64,000 nt of DNA. It comes from an uncultured delta proteobacterium (lineage in GTDB: Bacteria; Desulfobacterota; WTBG01; CAIYCZ01; CAIRTM01). Position numbers and translations under genes: made by a program. Under the pieces are notes generated by a model, which searched no databases, was not told where the DNA came from, and saw only the letters and a program-made list of their open reading frames with translations. The stretch is from contig CAWDSQ010000030.1 of assembly GCA_963804955.1 (NCBI GenBank), positions 1 to 64,000 of the forward strand, written 5' to 3'. This document shows positions 50,537 through 62,500 of this stretch, one piece after another; the first letter of the stretch is position 1; each line of letters opens with the position of its first letter.

Positions 50537-51772
50537 ATGGAAGGCTACGTTAAAAAAAGTTTCAACTCCGTACATGCACTTGTCCGCAAGGATATTGCCG
50601 CTGCCTGCCCGGTGGATGATCTCAATGATTTCTGCCGCGCTCTTTTTGACGAGCCGCCTGCAGATCAGCTTATAAAAAGGGGCAGCTATAAAACCATATA
50701 CCGCTCCGAGTTCGGCAAAAATTCCTGCATCATCAAAACATATAAAAATAAAGGGCTGTTGGGGCTGCTGAAGTCTGCTGCTGTTTCCTCGCGCGCCCGG
50801 CAGGAGTTTACCGCTGCAGCCTACATTCGCGGGCAGGGAATACTAACGGCTGCGCCGCTTATACTGGCTGAAAAAAAGACCCTGGGGATGGTCAGCGCCA
50901 GCGCGGTTGTGCTTGAATTTATAGAGGGCGCGCAGGAGTTGCGGGAGTTCTTTTTTTATGACCGCTCGATACTGCCCGTCGAGCGCCGGCATGTGGCAGA
51001 GCAGTTCGGGCGTCTGACAGCAGCCATTTTTCAGAAAGGCGTTTTTCAGTATGATTTTGCCCTGAATAATTTTCTAATCCGGCGCGAGGCAGACGGGTTC
51101 GGGCTTTATTTTATAGATTTTGAGCGGGTCCGCCTCAAAGGCGCAGTAACACGTGAGCAGAAAATCAATGTGCTGGCGCGTCTTGGCCGCGTAGGGGCTG
51201 AAATTGCCCTCAAGGACCGGCTGCGATTTTTGCGTGGCTATCTCGCGCAGGAACCGGGTTTTGCGGATAGCCTGCATAAGGCGGCCGCTGAAATGATCAG
51301 CGCGACTGTTGTTGCTATCGGCAATGACCGCAGGCGCTGCAGGCTGACCAGCATTTATACCCACGCCCGCTATGACCGCATACAGCAGGCAGAGCGCACC
51401 GGCCTGTGCCGCAAGGGAACTGATGTGCCGGTGCTTTTAAGCGCCGTGGCGGCGATTTCCGGCAGGGAGGCGGCGGGGCAGCTGGTCATCAGGCATGAGG
51501 GTAAATCGCTTTCCATACGCGCCATTTATCTTGAGCCCAAAGAGGCGGAAGATGCCTGGGCGGCGATGACGGCGCTGAAGATCGCCGGCATGCCCATCGA
51601 GCTTCCGCACGCTCTTGTCTGCTCTGAAATAACCGGCTGCCTGCTGCTTGAGCCGGCTATGCGACCCGCATGCGAGCGCTTTTTCGCCGCCGGCTCCCGC
51701 GGCGCACGTTTTATATTCCAGCATTTCCCTGCCGAGGTTGAACTGCTCAAAAGTTTGCTTGCCAAGATTTGA
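50537..51772 (+). CDS. Lipopolysaccharide kinase (Kdo/WaaP/InaA family)
   Basis: IIKTY, SRARQEF, QYDFALNNFL and FIDFER kinase-like motifs. Confidence 0.75.
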   Translation: MEGYVKKSFNSVHALVRKDIAAACPVDDLNDFCRALFDEPPADQLIKRGSYKTIYRSEFGKNSCIIKTYKNKGLLGLLKSAAVSSRARQEFTAAAYIRGQGILTAAPLILAEKKTLGMVSASAVVLEFIEGAQELREFFFYDRSILPVERRHVAEQFGRLTAAIFQKGVFQYDFALNNFLIRREADGFGLYFIDFERVRLKGAVTREQKINVLARLGRVGAEIALKDRLRFLRGYLAQEPGFADSLHKAAAEMISATVVAIGNDRRRCRLTSIYTHARYDRIQQAERTGLCRKGTDVPVLLSAVAAISGREAAGQLVIRHEGKSLSIRAIYLEPKEAEDAWAAMTALKIAGMPIELPHALVCSEITGCLLLEPAMRPACERFFAAGSRGARFIFQHFPAEVELLKSLLAKI

Positions 51773-51853
51773 TTTGCTGATACAATTGCTGCGGGGCGGC
51801 AGGCAGCATACGGGTAATGTGCAGGGGTGGGTTATTCATCTGGTGGAGGCTTT

Positions 51854-52795
51854 ATGGACAGCAGTGATGTTATCAGGAAAAAAGTCGACAATGCCGACGG
51901 CACGCTTACGCTGGTTTTTTACCAGGGCACTGTCGAGGTTGCCCGCACGATTGTCGACAGGAATTATGAGATCATTAATCTCCAGGGCGCCATCCCCGAC
52001 GGCATGGTCAAGCAGTACTACGATAGCGGCACCCTGTTCACTGAGGCGATCTATAAGAATAATCGCCGCGAAGGGCTGACGCGCATCTACCGGGAAGACG
52101 GCCCGCTGTGGATAGAGATTCCTTTTAAGGATGACAAGGCCGAGGGCCTCAGCAAGGAGTTTTATCCCGACGGCAAACTGTTCAAAGCCACCAGCTTTAG
52201 AAACGGCAAGCTGGACGGACGAAGCTGCGAGTTTTATGAGAGCGGCGCGCTCAAGGTCGAATGGAATGCTCTCGGGGGCAAACTGGAAGGCAATTCCCGG
52301 GAATATTATGAAAACGGCGCCTTGAAAGAGGAGTGGGAAAATGTCGACGGCAAGCCCGAAGGCCAGACAAAGGAGTACTTTGAAAATGGCCAGATCCGTG
52401 CCGTTGGCAACTGCATCAGCGGCCAGCGTGAAGGCCTGTATCGGGAATATTATGAGAGCGGCGTGATTAAGGGCGAGTGGAGCTTTCGCGACGGCAAAAA
52501 GGAAGGCATAGCACGAGAGTATTTTGAAAGCGGTGAAATAAAATATCTGGATACCTACCGCAGGGACCAGCGCGTCAATCGCAAGGCCTATCTTGAATAT
52601 GAAGGCCACGAGAAAAGCAGCCAGGAGCTGAGCGACGTTAAGGAAATCAAGGAGCTGCTGCTTTCCCAGACCGAGAGCTACATGCATTACCAGAATCAGA
52701 TTCTGGAGCGCATCCGTCTTGCCGATAAGCGGATTGCAGGGCTTGAATCCGTGGTCAGCGACTTGAAAACGCTTCTGTCAAACAGCACGCCATGA
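51854..52795 (+). CDS. MORN-variant repeat (YwqK-like) protein with C-terminal coiled coil
   Basis: About eight 24-aa repeats of the form GK.EG...EYYE.G; heptad-like tail. Confidence 0.85.
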   Translation: MDSSDVIRKKVDNADGTLTLVFYQGTVEVARTIVDRNYEIINLQGAIPDGMVKQYYDSGTLFTEAIYKNNRREGLTRIYREDGPLWIEIPFKDDKAEGLSKEFYPDGKLFKATSFRNGKLDGRSCEFYESGALKVEWNALGGKLEGNSREYYENGALKEEWENVDGKPEGQTKEYFENGQIRAVGNCISGQREGLYREYYESGVIKGEWSFRDGKKEGIAREYFESGEIKYLDTYRRDQRVNRKAYLEYEGHEKSSQELSDVKEIKELLLSQTESYMHYQNQILERIRLADKRIAGLESVVSDLKTLLSNSTP

Positions 52796-53250
52796 AGATC
52801 TATCTTGCCGGACCGCTGTTCACGCAGGCTGAGCAGGACTGGCTTCGCAGGCTCAAGGCACAGATTATCACCCGCGCATCGCCCGCGCCGGTTGAGGTTT
52901 GCTGGCCCCATGATCTGTTCTCCGATCAGGAAATAGCAGGCTGGGGCGACAGAGCCAAGCATGAGATATTTGACCGCTGTCGCGAGCATCTCGACAGGGC
53001 CGACGCTGTTGTGGCGCTGCTTGACGGCACGCAGGTCGACGACGGTACGGCCTGGGAGATCGGCTATTTTTATGCCCGCCGCAGGCCCGGCATGCCCATC
53101 ATCGGCATTCGAACCGACTTCAGAAAAGCGGGTGACACGGCCAATGCCTGCGTGAACCTTATGATCGACTGTGCCTGCGACGCTATCGTTACGACGGTCG
53201 ACGACCTGCTGCTCGAGATCGGGAAATTACCGGCGCATATGGCCAGGTAA
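52792..53250 (+). CDS. Nucleoside 2-deoxyribosyltransferase
   Basis: KIYLAGPLF, DDGTAWEIGY, RTDFR and NLMI motifs. Confidence 0.88.
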   Translation: MKIYLAGPLFTQAEQDWLRRLKAQIITRASPAPVEVCWPHDLFSDQEIAGWGDRAKHEIFDRCREHLDRADAVVALLDGTQVDDGTAWEIGYFYARRRPGMPIIGIRTDFRKAGDTANACVNLMIDCACDAIVTTVDDLLLEIGKLPAHMAR

Positions 53251-53405
53251 ACAGGGGGTATGACAGCTTCTTTTCAGGCGATGAGTCACTGGTGCAAGCC
53301 CGATGACCGGAATGTGCCGCGCAAGCCCCGCCGTGTGGCGGGGAGCATAGCTATGGATTATCCATTGCCGGCTCCGTTTCACATGAGTGTAAACCGCAGA
53401 CTGTA

Positions 53406-53981
53406 ATGAACATCATCTGGATCATCCTTCTTTCAGTCAGCATCGTCGCTGCGGCCTGCACAGGCAGGCTCGAAGCCCTCACCCGCGCCATGTTCGACGG
53501 CGCCAAAGCGGCCGTCGAGATTTCGCTGTTTCTGCTTGGCATCGTCTCGCTCTGGCTGGGCATTACAAAAATCATTGAGGATTCGGGGCTCATACACCGG
53601 ATTGCCCATATGTTTAAACCTCTGGTTACGCGGCTGTTTAAAACGGTTCCGCCCGACCACCCTGCCATTACCTCCATTACGCTTAACATGCTGGCAAATT
53701 TTTTCGGCCTTGGCAATGCAGCCACTCCCCTTGGCATCAAGGCCATGCAGGATCTTCAGTCGCTCAATTCCGACAAAGACACCATAACCTTCGAGATGAT
53801 GCTTTTCATCGTCCTGAATACGGCAAGCATACAGCTCATACCATTCACGGTCGTGGGGATACTTTCCGACTCCGGCTCGACAAGCCCCTCGGGCATCGTG
53901 CTGCCCACTATCTGCTCAACGGTTATATCCGCCTGTGTCGCCCTTGGCGTGCTATGGCTTTTCAGGAGGCTGAAGAAATGA
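53406..53981 (+). CDS. spmA: SpmA-like nucleoside-recognition (Gate) membrane protein
   Basis: ANFFGLGNAATPLGIKAM and LNTASIQLIP motifs. Confidence 0.88.
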   Translation: MNIIWIILLSVSIVAAACTGRLEALTRAMFDGAKAAVEISLFLLGIVSLWLGITKIIEDSGLIHRIAHMFKPLVTRLFKTVPPDHPAITSITLNMLANFFGLGNAATPLGIKAMQDLQSLNSDKDTITFEMMLFIVLNTASIQLIPFTVVGILSDSGSTSPSGIVLPTICSTVISACVALGVLWLFRRLKK

Positions 53982-54505
53982 AAACCATTGCCTTCATCTC
54001 CCAGCTTGCCATACCGGCCTTTATCCTTTTTGCCGTTCTGTACGGCGCCTGCCGCAAGGTGCGCGTGTATGATTCTTTCGTGTCCGGGGCAAAGGAAGGC
54101 CTGCAGGTCATTATGAATATTTTCCCGTACCTGCTGGCCATTTTCATAGCAGTGAAGGCATTCCAGGCATCGGGTATTTTTGATGTATTAAAGCAGGCAC
54201 TGTCCGGCCCGTGCCTGGCCCTTGGCATACCCCCCGAAGTTCTCTCTGTCGCGCTTATCAAACCTCTCTCAGGCAGCGCCTCAACCGCTTTTTTTATCGA
54301 CGTCGTGAAAACCTCCGGACCCGACAGCCTTGCCGGCAGGCTCTCGGGCGTCATTGTCGGCAGCGCAGAAACGAGCCTCTACGTGCTTGCCGTGTATCTG
54401 GGCGCCGTCAATATTCGCCGCACGGGCTATATCGTGCCCGTCTGCCTTATTGCCGATGGACTGGGTATCCTCATCGCAGCCGCAGTTGTGAAGCTGATGT
54501 TTTAA
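53978..54505 (+). CDS. spmB: SpmB-like membrane protein
   Basis: VYDSFVSGAKEG, KPLSGS, GPDS and GSAETSLYVLAVY motifs. Confidence 0.88.
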   Translation: MKTIAFISQLAIPAFILFAVLYGACRKVRVYDSFVSGAKEGLQVIMNIFPYLLAIFIAVKAFQASGIFDVLKQALSGPCLALGIPPEVLSVALIKPLSGSASTAFFIDVVKTSGPDSLAGRLSGVIVGSAETSLYVLAVYLGAVNIRRTGYIVPVCLIADGLGILIAAAVVKLMF

Positions 54506-54901
54506 GAGTTTATCTTATTCGTGTTTGAAGTTGAACTCATTCCATGACGTGCGAACAAAAAAATGATCCATCTTCAACCGGTTTCTACCCGTGAGCACGG
54601 CGCCTGAAAAAGCGATACCAGGACTCTAATGGAATGGCCTCTCAGCATGAAAACCCCCGGGCGAAAAGAAGCACACCTCGCTCTGGCGGGTAGGTATGCC
54701 TCGGGCACGGTGAGGCTTTATACGGAGCCGTTATTCTTCTGTGCTCGTGGCGTCATACTGGAAGGTTGTTTTCTCGACGGCGGCGAGTATGGCACAGCCT
54801 CTGCCCGGGGAAGGGAGATGAGGTGAACAAGTCCGGGCCTGCCACGGGCTTTATATGTCGGCGGTGCAGGTTTTTTTTAACGATTCAAAGGGGGGATGTA
54901 T

Positions 54902-55651
54902 ATGAAAAAAACACTGTCAGGAATTGCGGTCTTTCTGCTTCTTTTGGCACTGGGCATAGGGCTTTTGCTTTCAAAAATGCCGAAGAAAGGGCCGGCTCTG
55001 GTTGAGTTGCCCGGCGGTGTGCAGGGCGTTCTGTGCCGGTTTTCCTATAGCTGGATCATACCGAGTCAGGGAGGGGCTGTTCTTATCGACGCTGGCCTTG
55101 ATGAAAAAGCGCCGGATATCATTGCCGCGCTCAAGTGTAAGGGCCTGGGGCCTGAATCGGTTCAAGCTGTTCTCATTACGCATGGCCACGGCGATCATTT
55201 CGGCGGGGCCGGAGCTTTTCCCAATGCCCGTGTGTTTGCAGATAAAAACGATATTCCCTTTATACGCGGAGAGAAGAAGCGGGAGGGCATTGTGGGCAGC
55301 ATTTTTGGCAAAATTTCTTCAGGCAGGACGCCGCCGAAAAATCTCGAGGCTCTTCCGGACAAGGAGTCCATCCTTGTTGACGGTCTGACCTTCGGCATTA
55401 TCCGCCTCCAGGGCCATTCCCCGGGCAGTGTGGCGTATCTGTTGGGCGATATTCTGTTTTCCGGCGATGCTCTTATGGGCAGGGAAGATGGTGTTATGCC
55501 CCCGCCTTTTTTTTCCAGCGATGACCCTGAACAGAGCAAAAAAACGCTGACAGCACTTTTGAAGTTGCCCTTTTCAACTATCGCTGATGGCCATACCGGC
55601 GCCGTATTTGACGGGCACAAAAAACTTGAATCGTATCTTGAAAAACAGTAA
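54902..55651 (+). CDS. Membrane-anchored MBL-fold metallo-hydrolase
   Basis: N-terminal TM segment; THGHGDH, GHSPG, SGDA and DGH motifs. Confidence 0.88.
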   Translation: MKKTLSGIAVFLLLLALGIGLLLSKMPKKGPALVELPGGVQGVLCRFSYSWIIPSQGGAVLIDAGLDEKAPDIIAALKCKGLGPESVQAVLITHGHGDHFGGAGAFPNARVFADKNDIPFIRGEKKREGIVGSIFGKISSGRTPPKNLEALPDKESILVDGLTFGIIRLQGHSPGSVAYLLGDILFSGDALMGREDGVMPPPFFSSDDPEQSKKTLTALLKLPFSTIADGHTGAVFDGHKKLESYLEKQ

Positions 55652-55727
55652 ATGCCCGGGATGCAAGCCGCGCATGGGCTGCCCTGGCATTGTTTGAATC
55701 TTACGGGCAGGCACAGCCAGCGCCAGG

Positions 55728-58700
55728 CTACCGGCCTTCAAGCGCTTTTTGCACTGCCAGACCCAGATTCTGCATGGAAAAGGGCTTTAAAAGAAAAGCC
55801 CGTATGCCCATTTTTAGCGCCTGTTCCTCGGAAATCTTTTCACTGAAGCCGGTACAGAGAATAATGGGCAGGTCAGGCCGGATTGCAAGCAGCATGCCTG
55901 CCAGCTCATCTCCCCTGATATGGGGCATGGTCATGTCGGTGATGATACAGTCAAACCGGCCGGGGTCGGTGCTGAACATCTCAATGGCCTTCGCGCTGCT
56001 GGAAGTGCTGAAAACGGTATACCCGAGAGATTCCAGCATGGTGCGGCCGATCTGCATGACTGCCTCTTCGTCATCGACAAACAGAATGGTGCCGCTGCCC
56101 CGTGGGATTGAGGCGGGCTGCTGCGCAGCAGCCTCCTGCGGTTCCTCATCGATGCGCGGCAGCAGGACCTGAAACGCGGCCCCCGCCCCCGGCTCGCTGT
56201 CGACATGAATGCAGCCGCCATAGCTTTTTACAATACCGTGCGCGACGGCAAGGCCCATGCCCGTACCCTTGCCGACGGCTTTTGTCGTAAAAAACGGTTC
56301 GAAAATCCTTTCTTTGATGTCAGGCGCGATGCCGTGCCCCGTATCCCTCACGGTCAGCCGCACATAGGCCCCCGGAGCCAGATCATAACATCCGGCCATA
56401 TCTTCCGCTGTCCTGATGCAGGTCTCCTGGGAGATAGTAAGTATGCCCCCCGTCTCCTCCATGGCCTGTGCGGCATTGGTGCACAGGTTGATGATGAGCT
56501 GGTGGAGCTGAGTGGGGTCAGCCCTGACAACAGCATCTGCGTCGATGATATTTTGCCGTATTTCGATGGTGCTTGGAAGGGAGGCGCGCAGCAGCTTTAT
56601 CACTTCCTTGATGATGCTGCTTACTCTGAAAGGACTTGCCTCACGCGGGCTTTTCCTGCTGAAGGTCAGAATCTGTTTGACCAGCGAGCGCGCCCGGTCG
56701 CATGAACTGATGACATGGTGCAGCCGCTCAGTGGTTATACTGTCTTTGGGCACATCCATCATGGCAAGCTCGGTATAGCCGAGAATCGCGGCCAGGATAT
56801 TGTTGAAATCATGCGCTATGCCCCCTGCGAGCGTGCCGATAGCCTCCATTTTCTGTGACTGGCGCAGCTGCTCTTCAAGATATTTTTCGCGGGAGATATC
56901 CCGTCGATATGCTCAGTATATTAATGAGCCGGCCCTCTGCATCCAGAACCGGAGACAGCGTCTGTTCGACGCTTGCTGTTTTCCCCTCCCCGATTTTATA
57001 GTTCAGCACTCCGGTCCAGGCGCTGCCGCCCTGCAGTTGCTCATAAATGGCCTTGAAAAACTTCGGATCATAGATGCTGCCGGTAGCCTGAAAACCGTTT
57101 TTGCCGAGTATTTCATCAATCGGCCTGTTCATCTGGCTCACGACGGCCGGGTTTACGTACAATATAGTACCCAGGGCATCCATAATCAGGATGTTTTCAT
57201 GCGCCTGCTCAATGACCGAGCCTAAAAGCATGCGGTCGCGCTCTGCGTTTTTCCGCTCGGTTATGTCCCTGACAATTGCAGTAGCAAATGTTGCGCCTTC
57301 CGAGCTCCAAACAGCACGGGTAACTTCTATCGGGAATTCCGTCCCGTTTTTTTTCAGGCCGATGCTTTCGCTGCTTGTCTGAACACCATGCTGCAGGAAG
57401 GCATCACGCAGTGCATCCAGATCACCGTGCAAGCGTTCCGGAAGAAGCATGATGGCTTTTTTGCCGACTATTTCCTGCTCGGTATAGCCAAAGATTTTTT
57501 CAGCAGCATTGTTCCAGAAGACAATCGTCCCTGTGCTGTCAGCAGTTATGATGCCGTCAACCGCTGTTTCAAGAATAGCTCGCAGGCGCTCCTCCCTCTC
57601 GCGCAAAGCTTTTTCAGCTTTCTTGCGTTCTGTAATGTCACGCACAATGCCCGTAGCGAAAACTTCATCCCCTGATTTCCATATTGACTGTGACACTTCG
57701 GTCGGGAACTCGGAGCCGTCTTTTCTGACGCCGACGCCCTCTCTGCGGTTAAAGACAATGCGTTCTTTTCCCTGCTGCAACAGCCTCGTTCATTTGTTTG
57801 CTGTCACGGGCATGAAGACGTTCCGGAAGAATCGTATTGGCAGGTTTTCCGATTATTTCTGCGGCTGTATAGCCATAAATTTTTTCAGCAGCCTGGTTCC
57901 ACTCAATGATCAAGCCTGCGCTGTTGACGGTAATTATGGCGTCTACCGCGGTTTCGACAACGGAGCGGAGCCGCGCTTCGCGCTCCAGAAGAGCTTTTTC
58001 CGAATTTTTTCTTTCAGTAATATCGCGAATAATAGCCCGTCGCGAATACCTCATCCCCGGATTTCCATAAAGACTGCGACACTTCGGTCAGGGAACTCAG
58101 AACCGTCTTTTCCTGGTGCCACGGCCTTCTCGGCGATTAAAGGTCATGAACGTTCATCTGCCTGAATCAGAGCCTCGACGCCAAGCGCGTGCTGTCAGGG
58201 AACTTTACGCGTTCGGGTACAAGCACATTGATCGGCCGGCCGAGTATCTCTTCCGGCGGTATAGCCGAACATGTCCTGCAGCAGCTTTATTCCAGTCAAC
58301 GATCTGTCCGCTCGATGTCGGTTGTCACGACGGCGTCCACTGCGCCGTCAAATACGGCGCGGAGCCGCACTTCGCTCGCACGCACAGATGTTTCAGCGCT
58401 CTTGCGCTCCGTAATGTCGCGAATAATCCCCGTAGCGAATACTTCATCGCCGGATTTCCACACGGACTGGGATACCTCGGTCGGAAATTCGGAGCCGTCT
58501 TTCCTCAGGCCGACTCCCTCAATGCGATTATAGACAGTACGATCTTTACCCTGCTGCAGCGCGGCGCTCATGCCTTTGTTGTTCGAGTCATAAAGCCGTT
58601 CGGGAATAAGCATATTGACATGCCGGCCGAGCGCCTCGGCGGCGCTGTAGCCATACATGCTTTCAGCGGCCTTGTTCCAGCTGATAATCTCTCCCGTGCA

Positions 58701-59320
58701 GTCTGTTGTGACTATGGCGTCAATTGCGGTTTCAAAAACAGCGCGCAGCCGCTTTTCACTTGACGCAAGCTCTTTGTTGCTTGCCGTCAGTTGCTGCAGG
58801 GCAGCCGACAGTTCGACGGTCTTTCCCTCAACCAGTTTTTCAAGCGAGCTGCCGGTGAAGATCAAGTTCGCGCTCGATCTGTTCTTTGTGAGCAAGCTCT
58901 TTTTTGAGTCTGCGGCTTAAATCGCTGATACGGCCGATAATAAATCCGATAATGATAAAAGTAATTGTGCTCTGCAAGGCCTGCTCCGGATTTAATTATT
59001 CTCACGTACCAGTCAATGCCCATGATCTGGCAGATGACAATAGTTGGCCGCAAGCGACAGCAACCCGGCAGCAGATCCGGCTGCGGCTCCATACAGCCAT
59101 GCCGCAGTGATAACCGGTATGAAGGCGCAATCGCCGCCCATGCCGAAATTTTTCCATTTGTACAGGATAATGAAAATGACGATGTAGACGAGAACGGAGA
59201 GCAGGAAGTAAGAATCTCTTGCACTCCAGGCACGGACAGAGCGCGCTGATAGCACCTGGCCGGAACGGGTTGCCGTAATGATTTTTATTGTTTCAGGGGC
59301 ATCTGTATGAATCCACCATA
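55728..59320 (-). CDS. Membrane multi-PAS hybrid histidine kinase with receiver domain (many frameshifts; start approximate)
   Basis: [12 protein letters not shown]-box, [20 protein letters not shown] and FVDDE/TDMTMP/LKP receiver motifs; repeated ETAVDAI...WNxAAE...[15 protein letters not shown] units; N-terminal TM segments. Confidence 0.85.
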
Positions 59321-59576
59321 TGCGATCGTGGACATCGTTTAAGGGCTAATTTAAAACAATAATTGGATTGCTAATACATGATTGTTTTACAGAGTTTTCA
59401 TAATTTATTTATTGCACGTTAAAATTGTAAATGCAATAGCAGACCGGCATCAGGAATGCGGCGGTAACAGTGGGTGCTGAAAGTTTTATAAAAAGGCATT
59501 TTGATTGAGGGATAATGAACCTGCGACAGCCCGTGGGGTGGGCAGGATTTGCAGAGCGCGAAGCCGGGGAGTATAT

Positions 59577-62500
59577 CTATGTTCGAGGCGGGAGCAGGGC
59601 AACCCGTTCAGAGCATGCGCGGTGCCTGCGATGCTCGCGCAGATACTGAGCCGTGAGCGATTCCCGGAAATTTCCGCCGGCAACCTCATGTGGCGGGCCT
59701 GCGGCGACTATTCTCCCACCGTCTGCGCCGCCTCCCGGGCCAAGGTCGATGATGGTGTCGGCCTGACCAATCACCTCGAGGTTGTGCTCAATGATGACCA
59801 TGGTGTTTCCGAGCTCGACCAGTTCCTGCAGCACGTTCATGAGCTTTTCAATATCGGCAGGGTGCAGGCCCGTGGTGGGTTCATCAAGAATATAGAGCGT
59901 TGCCCCCTGGTCGTTTTTACACAGCTCCGCCGCTATCTTGATGCGCTGCGCCTCGCCGCCGGAGAGCGTTGGACTTGGCTGCCCGAGCTGCAGATACCCA
60001 AGGCCCATGCGCTGCAGGATGTCCAGCGGCCGGTGGATAGCTGAGAATCCGGTGAAAAAATCGCAGCCTTCCTCGACGGTCATGGACAGAACCTGCGAGA
60101 TATTTTTTTCTTTGAGAAGAATTTGAAGCGTTTCATCGTTGAAGCGGTTGCCGCGGCACTCGTCGCAAGCGACATACATGTCAGGCAGAAAGTTCATGGC
60201 AATCCGGAGCTTGCCCTGTCCCGAGCATTTTTCGCACCGCCCACCGCTGACATTGAAGGAAAACCTGCTTGCAGCGTAGCCGCGCATGCGCGCATCGGGC
60301 ACGAGAGCGTAGAGCTTGCGGATGTCATCGTAGAATCCTACATAGGTCGCCGGCACCGAGCGGGGTGTTTTGCCGATGGGCGACTGGTCGATTTCAATGA
60401 CGCGCCTGACCTGCTCGGCGCCTGCAATATCCCGGTGGCTGCCGGTAGACCCGAAATACTGGCCGAGCTTTTTGCGCAGGCCCTTGTAGAGGGTCTCGCG
60501 CACAAGGGTCGTTTTGCCCGACCCGGAAATGCCGGTTACCACCGTAAGCCGTCCCAGCGGGATAGACACCGTAAGCTCCTGCAGATTGTGCTCCCGGGCG
60601 CCAACCAGTGTGATATGGCTGCAGCCCGCAAGCGGCCGTGATATGCGGCCGTCCGAGCGCCGGGCTGTTTCGGAAAGCCAGGCCCCGGTGATTGAAGCCG
60701 GGTTTTTCAGTATTTCGGCAAGTGTTCCCGCAGCCACCACCGTGCCGCCATGCATGCCGCCGCCGGGCCCGAGATCGACAATATAGTCGGCGCTGCGTAT
60801 CGTCTCTTCATCATGCTCAACGATGATGACGCTGTTGCCCTTCTGCTGAAGCTCCCGAATGATGGAGATGAGCTTTTTGCTGTCATGGGGGTGCAGGCCG
60901 ATGGTGGGCTCGTCCAGCACATAGGCAACGCCCCGCAGGTTTGATGCCACCTGCGCCGCAAGGCGCATGCGCTGTGCTTCACCGCCCGAAAGCGTGTCGG
61001 CGCTGCGGTCAAGGCTGAGATAGGAGAGCCCTGCCTTGTCCAGCAGCTGAAGCTTCGGGATGAGCTCCTGCAGTATTGGCCTGGCGATCGCCCGGTGCTT
61101 GCCCGAAAAAGAAATTGTTTTCAGAAATGCGAGCAGGCCCGGGGCTGTCATGGAAGCAAGCTCGGCTATCGATTTGTCCGTGATGAGCACGGAGCGGGCG
61201 GCCTGGTTCAGGCGCGTCCCATTGCAGTCCGGGCAGCGCGACTCAATATGAAACTGGGCCAGATACTCCTGCATCTGCGACTCGTCATCGGCTTGCGGCG
61301 ATTCGAAAAGTGCTGCAAGGCCGGGGAATGATTTTGAGCCATGCAGCAGCGCCTTGTGCTTTGCCGGCGTCAGACGGGCAAGCGGCTCATCCGGTGCTAT
61401 GCCGAGGCTGCGCTCAATGCGGCCGATGATGCGTTTTTTGAGCGCCTGGGGCACCTGCTGAGCGATAAGAGCGGGTATGGCCCCGTCTTGAATCGACTTG
61501 TGGCGGTCGGCTATCATCAGCTCCGCCGACAGCGCTGCAACCGAGCCCAGCCCTTCGCAGCGGCGGCAGGCGCCTGAAGGGCTATTGAACGAGAACAGGC
61601 GGGGGTCGGGCTCTTCCATGCTGATGCGGCATTCCGGGCATGATGCTTTGATGCTGTAGAATTTTTCATCGTCCGGTGGCGACAGCACCATCATTTCCCC
61701 TCTGCCCAGCCCGAGGGCGCGGTTGACCATATCCTGAAGGCGCGGTGCGCTGAGTGCTGCGGGCGCACATTCAGAGGTGATGAAATCGATTTTGTGCTCG
61801 TGATAGCGCTTGATGGCGAAAATATTGCCGACCTCAACAACTGCGCCGTCTATGCGGATGCGGCTGCAGCCTTCAAGGCGGGCCCGCTGTATGACGTCTT
61901 TATGGAATCCCTTGCGGCCGCGCACCTGCGGGGCAAGCAGCAGCACCTGGCGGCTGCCGAAGCTGCGGGCAATATCGCGGCAGATGTCCTGGGGGTTTTG
62001 CGCTGCAAGGGGCCTGCCGCAGCCGGGGCAGTGCTGCTGACCCGCCTTGGCAAACAGCAGCCGCAGATAGTGATAGATTTCCGTGGCGGTGGCGACGGTG
62101 GAGTTGCGGCCGCCGCGCGAGAGCATCTGCTCTATGGCCACCGTTGGCGGCAGTCCCCTGATGGCATCCACATCGGGTCGCGCGAGCTGGGTGATATACT
62201 GGCGGGCATAGGGCGACAGCGTTTCAAGAAATCGGCGCTGGCCTTCGGCAAACAGAATGTCAAATGCCAGGGTGGATTTGCCCGAGCCCGAAAGTCCTGT
62301 GATCACGACCATCTGCCCGAGCGGCAGCTTGAGTGACAGGTTTTTGAGATTGTGTTCGCGTGCTCCTTCGATGGAAATGCAGTTTCCGCCATTCTGCGGA
62401 GCCTGCTTTTTACTGCCGCGCTGGACAGCTGCTGCCGGGTGGGTGTATTCCTTTAAAAAAAGGCCCGTGTAGGAACCCTCTGCCGCCATGATTTCATCAG

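Noticed and set aside
51854..52795. Toxin-antitoxin system implied by the YwqK-like label
   Set aside because: No adjacent toxin gene; MORN-variant repeats are generic.
53406..54505. Evidence for sporulation from spmAB
   Set aside because: SpmA/B homologues are widespread in non-sporulating bacteria, and no other sporulation genes are present.
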